This document shows, piece after piece, positions 57,015-64,000 of a DNA stretch of 64,000 bases; the stretch's first letter is position 1; every line of letters begins with the position of its first letter. The stretch is taken from NCBI GenBank assembly GCA_004297625.1, contig SCTY01000022.1, forward strand, positions 59,833 through 123,832, in the 5' to 3' direction. This stretch comes from Betaproteobacteria bacterium (lineage in GTDB: Bacteria; Pseudomonadota; Gammaproteobacteria; Burkholderiales; SG8-39). Below the pieces are notes generated by a model that did no database searches, was not told the DNA's origin, and saw only the letters and a program-made list of their open reading frames with translations. A program made the translations under genes and the position numbers.

Positions 57015-57671
57015 ATGCGATTTGCGGCGTTCGAGACTTCCACGGAGTGGTGCAGCGTAGCCCTATGGCGCGACGGCGAAATCGCCGCGGTGGAGCGCCG
57101 CGCCGGCAACCGCCACTCCGATCTTGCGTTGCCGATGCTGGAGAGACTGCTCGCTGCGGCCGGAATGATGGCGGGGCAGCTCGACGCCGTGGCCTTCGGC
57201 GCCGGGCCGGGCTCCTTCACCGGCCTGCGGATTGCTTGCGGACTCGCGCAGGGGCTGGCGTTCGCCAACGGCATTCCCGTGATCGGCATCTCGACGCTCG
57301 CGGCGATGGCCGAGGAATCGGGCGCCGCGCGCGTCGTCGCCTGCCTCGATGCGCGCATGCACGAAGTGTATTATTCGGCGCTCGAAAAGCATGCCGGGCG
57401 CTGGAAGGAAGTCGTCGAGGTGCGCTGCATTTCGCCGGACGCCGTGACGCCGAAGGGCGACGACTGGGTGGGTTGTGGCAACGGCTTCGCCGTCTATGGA
57501 AAGCTCGGCATGTCGCGCGTTCTGCCGGAAGTGCACCCGAGCGCCATCGCGGTCGCGCGGCTTGCGGCGCCGCGGCTTGCGGCCGGCGAGGGGGTCGACG
57601 CTGCGCTGGCGGCACCGATCTACGTGAGAGAAAAGGTGGCCTTTACGAAAGCGGAGCTCGAGGGCAGATGA
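57015..57671 (+). CDS. tsaB: tRNA t6A37 threonylcarbamoyl-transfer protein TsaB (YeaZ)
   Basis: MRFAAFETSTEWCSVALW...FGAGPGSFTGLRIACGLAQGLAF...DARMHEVYY. Confidence 0.88.
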   Translation: MRFAAFETSTEWCSVALWRDGEIAAVERRAGNRHSDLALPMLERLLAAAGMMAGQLDAVAFGAGPGSFTGLRIACGLAQGLAFANGIPVIGISTLAAMAEESGAARVVACLDARMHEVYYSALEKHAGRWKEVVEVRCISPDAVTPKGDDWVGCGNGFAVYGKLGMSRVLPEVHPSAIAVARLAAPRLAAGEGVDAALAAPIYVREKVAFTKAELEGR

Positions 57672-58129
57672 GCGCGGTGTTGAAGGAGCCGCCGCGGCTC
57701 GCCGCCATGCGCGAGCAGGATTTCGACGAGGTAATGGCCATCGAGCGCGCGATCTACAGCCATCCGTGGACGCGCGGCAATTTCAGCGATTCCTTGCGCG
57801 CCGGCTACGAGTGCCGCACGTGGCGGCTCGAAGGCGAGCTCATCGGCTACTTCATCCTGCTGGTCGCCGCAGGCGAGGCGCATCTGCTCAATCTTTCCAT
57901 TGCCGCGCGGCATCAGCGCAGCGGGCATGGCCGCGCGCTGTTGCGCGAGGCGACCGGTCTCGCGCGGCGCGGCGGCGCGCGCAATCTGTTTCTCGAAGTG
58001 CGGCCGAGCAACCTCGCGGCCCAGGCCCTGTATACGCGCTTCGGGTTCCGCCGCATCGGCGTGCGCCGCGGCTACTACCCGGCGCATTCGGGTCGGGAAG
58101 ACGCGCTCGTGCTCACCCTCGCGCTCTGA
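57668..58129 (+). CDS. rimI: Ribosomal-protein-alanine N-acetyltransferase
   Basis: ATGA overlap with tsaB (conserved synteny). ERAIYSHPWTRGNF...LLNLSIAARHQRSGHGRALL...LEVRPSNLAAQALYTRFGF. Confidence 0.85.
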   Translation: MSAVLKEPPRLAAMREQDFDEVMAIERAIYSHPWTRGNFSDSLRAGYECRTWRLEGELIGYFILLVAAGEAHLLNLSIAARHQRSGHGRALLREATGLARRGGARNLFLEVRPSNLAAQALYTRFGFRRIGVRRGYYPAHSGREDALVLTLAL

Positions 58130-58776
58130 TGGGCAGGCGCGAAGTCATTCTCGCCGAGATGGGGCTTTCGCCCATATGGCGCCTGCGCGGGTGCCGCTCG
58201 ACTGAGGAAAAACCATCAAAGAAAAATCACTGGGTCGAGCTCAAACGGGCCGTCTCGGGATGCACGGCATGCGGGCTGCACAAAACGCGCACGCAGACCG
58301 TGTTTGGCGTGGGCGACGAGAACGCCGACTGGATGCTCATCGGTGAGGCGCCCGGCGCCGAGGAGGACCGGCTCGGCGATCCTTTCGTCGGCCAGGCGGG
58401 GCGGCTGCTCGACAACATGCTTGCCGCCATCGGCCTGCGGCGCGGCGAGAACGTCTATATCGCCAACGTGCTCAAGTGCCGGCCGCCGGGCAACCGCAAT
58501 CCGCAGCCCGAAGAGGTGGCGAAGTGCACGCCGCATCTTTTGCAGCAGATCGAGCTCGTCAGGCCGAAGCTCATCCTCGCCCTGGGTCGCTTCGCCGCGC
58601 AGACGCTGCTCAGCACCGACGCCAGCATTGCGAGCCTGCGCGGCAGGGTGCACCGCTATGCGGGCGTTCCGCTCATCGTCACCTACCACCCGGCGTATCT
58701 GCTGAGAACCCTGCCCGACAAGGCGAAGGCGTGGGAGGACCTCGTCTTCGCCAGGAAAACGATGGCCTCGCTTTAG
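58129..58776 (+). CDS. Uracil-DNA glycosylase, family 4
   Basis: C..C.L.......[41 protein letters not shown]...[13 protein letters not shown]...HPAYLLR. Confidence 0.88.
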   Translation: MGRREVILAEMGLSPIWRLRGCRSTEEKPSKKNHWVELKRAVSGCTACGLHKTRTQTVFGVGDENADWMLIGEAPGAEEDRLGDPFVGQAGRLLDNMLAAIGLRRGENVYIANVLKCRPPGNRNPQPEEVAKCTPHLLQQIELVRPKLILALGRFAAQTLLSTDASIASLRGRVHRYAGVPLIVTYHPAYLLRTLPDKAKAWEDLVFARKTMASL

Positions 58777-60071
58777 CGCGGGGGGTGCGGGTGGTGCGGA
58801 TCCTCGGCGCGCGCGAACTCGAGCAGGCGCTCGATCTCTTCGTTGTGCACCCGGCGGTTGCGCAGGTACCACCACTGCACCGCGGTCATGGTGCCGGCGA
58901 CGAAGACGCCGAAAAACATGATGACCAGATAAATCGAATATCCCAGGTTGAGGAGCAGCGAGTACAGCGCGATCATGCCGAGGATCGACGTGTTCTCGTT
59001 GAAGTTCTGCACCGCGATCGAGCGTCCGGCGCCGACCAGGTGATGCCCGCGGTGCTGCAGCAGGGCGTTCATGGGCACGACGAAGAACCCCGCCAGCCCG
59101 CCGATCACCACCATGAGCACGATCGCGACCCACACCTGGGTCACGAAATCCATCGAAATCACCACCAGGCCCATGACGATGCCAAGCGGGATCACCCGCA
59201 CCGAGCGGTCGAGGGCGACGAACATCGAGGCGAGGACCGCGCCGATGGCGATGCCGAAGGCGGTGACGCCCTGCAGGATCGCCGCCTTGGAGAGATCGAA
59301 ACCGAGGGTCGCGCGCGCCCACTCGATGACGATGAACTGCAGCGTCGCCCCCGCGCCCCAGAAAAGCGTGGTCACGGCGAGCGAGATCTGCCCCAGCCGG
59401 TCGCTCCACAGATGCTTGATGCAGCGAGTGAAGTCCTTGAGCGTGGCCACCGGGTGGCGCGGCAGCGGCTTGAGCGACACGCCGGTGTGCGGCACTTCCA
59501 GAGTGAAGAGCGCCGCGATCGCGTACACCGCCACGATGATCGCGATGGCGGCTTCGGCGGGCGTGTCGATCGGCGTCTCGATGAGCGGCATGTCGAAGCG
59601 CAGCAGGATTCCGGACACCTTGGCGTGGATGAGCACGCCGCCGAGCACGGTGCCGAGGATGATCGAGGCGACGGTGAGGCCCTCGATCCAGCCGTTGGCG
59701 ACCACCAGCTTGCGATGCGGCAGGTACTCGGTAAGGATGCCGTACTTCGCCGGCGAGTACGCTGCGGCGCCGAGCCCGACGATGCCGTACGAGAGCAGCG
59801 GATGCGAGCCCCACAGCATCGTCACGCAGCCGAGGATCTTGACGGTGTTCGCGATGAACATCACCTGGCCCTTGGGAAGGCGGTCGGCGAATGCGCCGAC
59901 GTAGGGCGCGAGCGCAACGTATGAGACGACGAAGAAGAACTTGAGGTACGGCGTCAGCCATGTCGGCGCCTCGGCCTGCATCAGCAGCGCGATCGCCGCG
60001 ACAAGCAGCGCATTGTCGGCGAGCGACGAGAAGAACTGCGCCGCCATGATGATGTAGAAGCCGTAATTCAT
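58773..60071 (-). CDS. lplT: MFS lysophospholipid transporter LplT
   Basis: MNYGFYIIMAAQFFSSLADNALLVAAIALL...; 12 TM segments, 432 aa. Confidence 0.8.
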   Translation of the reverse strand: MNYGFYIIMAAQFFSSLADNALLVAAIALLMQAEAPTWLTPYLKFFFVVSYVALAPYVGAFADRLPKGQVMFIANTVKILGCVTMLWGSHPLLSYGIVGLGAAAYSPAKYGILTEYLPHRKLVVANGWIEGLTVASIILGTVLGGVLIHAKVSGILLRFDMPLIETPIDTPAEAAIAIIVAVYAIAALFTLEVPHTGVSLKPLPRHPVATLKDFTRCIKHLWSDRLGQISLAVTTLFWGAGATLQFIVIEWARATLGFDLSKAAILQGVTAFGIAIGAVLASMFVALDRSVRVIPLGIVMGLVVISMDFVTQVWVAIVLMVVIGGLAGFFVVPMNALLQHRGHHLVGAGRSIAVQNFNENTSILGMIALYSLLLNLGYSIYLVIMFFGVFVAGTMTAVQWWYLRNRRVHNEEIERLLEFARAEDPHHPHPPR

Positions 60072-60115
60072 CTTGCGTTTTTGTAGCGCGGGGGTTTATA
60101 GCACAATAAGACAAA

Positions 60116-61186
60116 ATGCCCCGGCCGATCCGCGCCACCCTCTCAGCATCCGCGCTCGCGCACAACTGCATGGTCGCCAAGGCGTACGCCGGCGGCGCCA
60201 AGCTCTGGGCGGTGATCAAGGCGAACGCCTACGGCCATGGATTGGAGCGCGCGGCGCGCGCGCTGGAGGCTGCGGACGGCTACGCGGTGCTCGATTTCCA
60301 GGAAGCGGCACGGCTGAGGCTCGCCGGCATCCAGAAGCCGATCCTCATGCTCGAAGGCTTCTTCAAGCCCGGCGATCTGCCGCTGCTCAACAAGTACTCC
60401 CTCACGCCGGTGATCCACAATCCCGAGCAGGTGGAGATGCTGAAGCGCACCGAGCTCGCGGCCGAGATCGACGTCTACGTCAAGGTGAACAGCGGCATGA
60501 ACCGCCTTGGCTTCACCATCGAAAGCCTGCGCCCGGCGTACAACGCGATCCGCATGCACCGGCAGGTGCGCAACGTCACGCTGATGACGCATTTCGCCGA
60601 TGCCGACGGCCCCGGAGGCATCCAGGCCCAGCTCGAGTGGTTCAGCGAGATGACCAAGGAATACGGGGCGCCGCGCTCGCTCGCCAATTCGGCGGCGCTC
60701 ATCCGCTATCCCGAGACGCGCACCGGCTGGGTGCGCCCCGGCATCATGCTCTACGGCTGCTCGCCGTTCGCCGACTGCAGCGCCGAATCGCTGGGTCTCA
60801 AGCCGGCGATGACCCTTGCCACCGAGATAATCGCCACGCAGCAGCTCGCGCCGGGCGAGCGCGTGGGCTACGGCTTCGCCTACGAGGCGGTCGGGGATCT
60901 GAGCATCGGCATCGTGGCCTGCGGGTATGCGGACGGCTATCCGCGGCATGCGCCGACGGGAACGCCGGTGCTCGTCAACGGCAAGCGCACGCGCATCGTT
61001 GGACGGGTATCGATGGACATGATCTGCGTCGACATCACCGACATTCCCGAGGCTTATATCGGCTCGCCGGTGACCCTGTGGGGCGAAGGCCTCTCGGCCG
61101 ACGAAGTGGCGGCTTCGGCCGGCACGCTGAGCTACGAGCTGCTGTGCGCGCTGGCGCCGCGCGTCCCCGTGGCCGAAATTCCTTGA
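60116..61186 (+). CDS. alr: Alanine racemase
   Basis: AVIKANAYGHG (PLP lysine), ...NSGMNRLGF...GYGFAY...VSMDMICVD...ELLCAL. Confidence 0.92.
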   Translation: MPRPIRATLSASALAHNCMVAKAYAGGAKLWAVIKANAYGHGLERAARALEAADGYAVLDFQEAARLRLAGIQKPILMLEGFFKPGDLPLLNKYSLTPVIHNPEQVEMLKRTELAAEIDVYVKVNSGMNRLGFTIESLRPAYNAIRMHRQVRNVTLMTHFADADGPGGIQAQLEWFSEMTKEYGAPRSLANSAALIRYPETRTGWVRPGIMLYGCSPFADCSAESLGLKPAMTLATEIIATQQLAPGERVGYGFAYEAVGDLSIGIVACGYADGYPRHAPTGTPVLVNGKRTRIVGRVSMDMICVDITDIPEAYIGSPVTLWGEGLSADEVAASAGTLSYELLCALAPRVPVAEIP

Positions 61187-62520
61187 TGGCGAAAGCGAAG
61201 AGCGCGTACGTCTGCGCCGAGTGCGGCGCGAGCGCGCTGCAATGGTTCGGCACCTGCCCGTCGTGCGGCGCCGCCGGAACGCTGAGCGAGACCGTGGCCG
61301 AAAGGCGCTCGAAGGCGGTGCCTGCCTCGTCGGTATCGCTCGCCGATATCCAGGCGAAGGACATGGAGCGCATCGCCACCGGCATCGGCGAGCTCGACCG
61401 CGTGCTCGGAGGCGGGCTCGTGGCCGGGCAGGTGGTGCTCCTCGGCGGCGACCCCGGGATCGGCAAATCCACGCTCCTGCTGCAGACGCTCGCTGCGCTG
61501 TCCAACGCGGTTCTTTATGTGACGGGAGAAGAATCGGCCGAGCAGATTGCGCTCAGGGCGCGGCGCCTCGCGCTGGAAGCGGGCGGCGTTCAGCTCGCCG
61601 CGGAAACGCAGCTCGAGCGCGTGCTTGGCGCCCTCGAAGCCGCAAAGCCGCGCGTGGCGGTGATCGACTCGATCCAGACGCTGTGGTCCGAGGCGCTGCA
61701 GTCGGCCCCTGGATCGGTGGCCCAGGTGCGCGAATGCGCGGCGCAGCTCACGCGCCACGCGAAGCGCTCGGGCAGCGCGCTCTTCATGATCGGCCATGTC
61801 ACCAAGGAAGGCGCCATCGCCGGGCCGCGCGTGCTCGAGCACATCGTGGACAGCGTGCTTTACTTCGAAGGCGATCCCAATTCGGCGTTCCGCCTGGTCC
61901 GGGCCGTAAAGAACCGCTTCGGCGCGGTCAACGAGCTCGGCGTGTTCGCCATGACCGAGAAGGGCCTGCGCGGCGTCGCAAATCCTTCGGCGCTTTTCCT
62001 GTCGCAGCACCCGCGCGCCGTGCCGGGTTCGTGCGTGCTCGCCACGCTGGAGGGCACGCGGCCGCTCCTCGTCGAAATCCAGGCGCTGGTCGACGCAGCG
62101 CATGCGCCGAACCCGAGGCGCCTGTCGGTAGGGCTCGAGCAGAACCGGCTCGCCATGCTGCTTGCGGTGCTGCACCGGCATGCCGGCATTGCGACCTGGG
62201 AGCAGGACGTGTTCGTCAACGCCGTGGGCGGCGTTCGCATCGGCGAGCCGGCAGCCGATCTCGCCGTCTGCCTCGCCGTCGTCTCTTCGCTGTCGGACAA
62301 GCCCATTTCAGCCAGGGCGGCGGTATTCGGCGAGATCGGCCTGGCCGGCGAAGTGCGGCCGGCGCCGCGCGGCCAGGAGCGCCTGCGCGAGATCGCCAAG
62401 CTCGGATTCGAAAAGGCGGTCGTGCCGCGCGCGAATCTGCCGAAGGCGAAGATCTCCGGGCTGGAAATCCTGCCGGTCGAGCGCGTCGACCAGGCCGTTC
62501 AGCTCTTGCGCGAGCTCTGA
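61186..62520 (+). CDS. radA: DNA repair protein RadA (Sms)
   Basis: Internal ATG overlapping the alr stop. Zn ribbon YVCAECGASALQWFGTCPSCG, Walker A GGDPGIGKSTLLLQ, KNRFG motif VKNRFGAVNELGVF, Lon-like C-terminus. Confidence 0.95.
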   Translation: MAKAKSAYVCAECGASALQWFGTCPSCGAAGTLSETVAERRSKAVPASSVSLADIQAKDMERIATGIGELDRVLGGGLVAGQVVLLGGDPGIGKSTLLLQTLAALSNAVLYVTGEESAEQIALRARRLALEAGGVQLAAETQLERVLGALEAAKPRVAVIDSIQTLWSEALQSAPGSVAQVRECAAQLTRHAKRSGSALFMIGHVTKEGAIAGPRVLEHIVDSVLYFEGDPNSAFRLVRAVKNRFGAVNELGVFAMTEKGLRGVANPSALFLSQHPRAVPGSCVLATLEGTRPLLVEIQALVDAAHAPNPRRLSVGLEQNRLAMLLAVLHRHAGIATWEQDVFVNAVGGVRIGEPAADLAVCLAVVSSLSDKPISARAAVFGEIGLAGEVRPAPRGQERLREIAKLGFEKAVVPRANLPKAKISGLEILPVERVDQAVQLLREL

Positions 62521-62699
62521 TTCGTCGCGAGCACCGCGCCGCAGCCGGCGCAAACCGGATTGCGCTCGGCGTAGAGAACAAAAACTTCGCCGTCGCAGCG
62601 CGCGCAGGCGTGGCGCTCGCGGCGTTCCGGCCTTTGCAGCGTGGCGGGCCGGTTGGCGAGGCTTTCGAGGTATTCCTTCAAGGTCAGCACGCTTTGCAA
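62499..62699 (-). CDS. Small zinc-ribbon-like protein (hypothetical)
   Basis: 66 aa with C-x-x-C ... C-x-x-C (CARCDGEVFVLYAERNPVCAGCG). Codon usage is acceptable. It is co-directional with hpnE, and its 3' end overlaps the radA end by 22 nt. Confidence 0.4.
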   Translation of the reverse strand: MQSVLTLKEYLESLANRPATLQRPERRERHACARCDGEVFVLYAERNPVCAGCGAVLATNQSSRKS

Positions 62700-62746
62700 G
62701 GATCGCCGTTGGCGCGCTGCAGTTCCACCGCGGAGCAGGCTTTAAG

Positions 62747-64000
62747 TCACGAAACCGCCTCGAAGTTTCTCGCTTCGTGGCGTAGCGATTCCACTACGGC
62801 GCTCGCGGCCCGCACGCCGCTGCGCACCGCCGCCTCGAGCGTCGGCGGGTACAGGGGATCGGTGTAGTCGCCGGCGAGAAAAACGCCGTTCCATACGACC
62901 GGCGGCCTTGGCGCGCCGGGCGAGCAAGTGACCGTCGCGCGCTTCTCGGCGATCGCGCGCGACCAGAGCGGCGTCGCGAGGCCCGGAATCGCCGCCGCGA
63001 GCTCGCCGTGGCAGCGCTCGGCAAGCTCCTCGAGCGTCATCTCCTGATGTCCGCCCTGCGCGCTGATCACGCAGGCAAGGCGCCCTCGTTCGCCGAGAAG
63101 CGCGCCACGGTCGAATACCCACTGCACCACGCCGCCGGCAAGGCCGAGCATGGGGAAGGGCAGCCGCACCGTGTCGGCGTACTGGAGGTAGCAGGTGTAG
63201 ATCGGCTGGTACGAATAGTCGAGCGCCAGATCGGGAAGCAGCGTCTTCAGCTGATGCGGCCCGACCGCGACGATCACGGCGTCGAAGTCCTTCATCTCCC
63301 GCAGATCGCCGATCGCGGACCGCACTCGCACTTCGCCGCCCCTGCGTGCCACGAATTCGGCAGCCGGCTCCGGGAAGAGTCGCGAGAGATCGACGCGCGG
63401 AAGCAGCAGGTCGCTCGCTCCGGCCGGCCCGCCGAGCGTCTCGCGCAGCACCGTAAGGAAAGCCTTGGCCGAGGCCCTGTGCACCGGCGTGTTGAGCGCG
63501 GAAACGCAGAGCGGCGCCCAGAGGTAGCGGCCGACAAAGCCCGCCTGGCCGTGCGCTTCGAGAAGCGCGCCCACGGTCATGTCCTCGGGCATATCGAAAC
63601 CTCGCCGCCTCAGCGCGCGCATGAAGCGCAGCGCCCCGAGGCGCTCGCGAAACGGAATGCCTTTCGCAGCCAGCAGCCCGGCGAGCAGGCCGAGCGGCGC
63701 CGGCAGCCACAGCGGGCGGAACGCGAAGCCCTTTGCGTACCGCACCTCAAGCGGGATGCGAAGAAGCGCGTCGGACGACACACCGACGGTGCGCATCAGG
63801 CGAAAGAGCTCTTCGTACGCGCCGACGAGGATGTGTTGCCCGTTGTCGAGCGTCTGCCCCTGCAGCGTCACGCGGCGCGCGCGGCCTCCCGGCAGCGGGC
63901 CGGATTCGAACACCGTAACCGGGATGCCGCGCTCGGCGAGCGAGACGGCGGCCGCCATCCCGGCGTAGCCCGCGCCGACGACGGCTACGCGGCGACCCAT
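62747..64000 (-). CDS. hpnE: FAD-dependent amine-oxidase/desaturase-family protein, hydroxysqualene dehydroxylase HpnE-like
   Basis: MGRRVAVVGAGYAGMAAAVSLAERGIPVTVFESGPLPGGRAR...DNGQHILVGAY...FLAGDYT...PPTLEAAVRSG. The ATG sits exactly at the window edge, so the true start could lie further upstream. Confidence 0.7.
   Translation of the reverse strand: MGRRVAVVGAGYAGMAAAVSLAERGIPVTVFESGPLPGGRARRVTLQGQTLDNGQHILVGAYEELFRLMRTVGVSSDALLRIPLEVRYAKGFAFRPLWLPAPLGLLAGLLAAKGIPFRERLGALRFMRALRRRGFDMPEDMTVGALLEAHGQAGFVGRYLWAPLCVSALNTPVHRASAKAFLTVLRETLGGPAGASDLLLPRVDLSRLFPEPAAEFVARRGGEVRVRSAIGDLREMKDFDAVIVAVGPHQLKTLLPDLALDYSYQPIYTCYLQYADTVRLPFPMLGLAGGVVQWVFDRGALLGERGRLACVISAQGGHQEMTLEELAERCHGELAAAIPGLATPLWSRAIAEKRATVTCSPGAPRPPVVWNGVFLAGDYTDPLYPPTLEAAVRSGVRAASAVVESLRHEARNFEAVS

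Noticed and set aside
56711-58129. 472-aa ORF covering tsaB and rimI in one frame
   Set aside because: Only the last 153 codons (from ATG 57668) match RimI. The upstream part is out of frame with tsaB and compositionally aberrant.

Overview
This is a 64-kb, visibly GC-rich chromosomal segment (roughly two-thirds G+C by eye). Gene content looks betaproteobacterial (Burkholderiales/Rhodocyclales-like): dapA-bamC, ompR-envZ, single-chain purL, mfd, ispDF, tsaB-rimI-udg, alr-radA, hpnE and several Bug/TctC solute receptors. Coding density is very high; most neighbouring genes abut or overlap by 1-8 nt, and I call about 65 protein genes. I found no rRNA, tRNA, CRISPR array, transposase, integrase or reverse transcriptase. 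I also see no convincing self-contained novel multi-gene system; there are no defence-island hallmarks. Five things are unusual. (1) A short REP-like motif family has four 23-nt copies. A related perfect 25-bp-arm palindrome is translated in frame inside mfd. (2) A low-GC islet at about 3.05-5.3 kb holds decayed toxin-antitoxin genes. It is bracketed by a diverged, frameshifted second copy of the 3' end of the upstream AI-2E transporter gene and by REP motif copies. (3) Truncated or chimeric gene remnants are strikingly frequent in otherwise core context: Bug, serine hydrolase, RidA, AlkB, BrnT, ParE and an AP2-like::MBL fusion. (4) A 915-aa protein carries a roughly 430-aa K/E/R/A-rich spacer between a small N-terminal domain and a TM plus AsmA-like C-terminus. 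(5) A stand-alone NHEJ-type primase-polymerase and an ATP-dependent ligase are convergent and overlapping, with no Ku in the window. Many very long ORFs in the supplied track are antisense or out-of-frame GC artefacts and were rejected. All family assignments come from motif recognition by eye; no database search was run.
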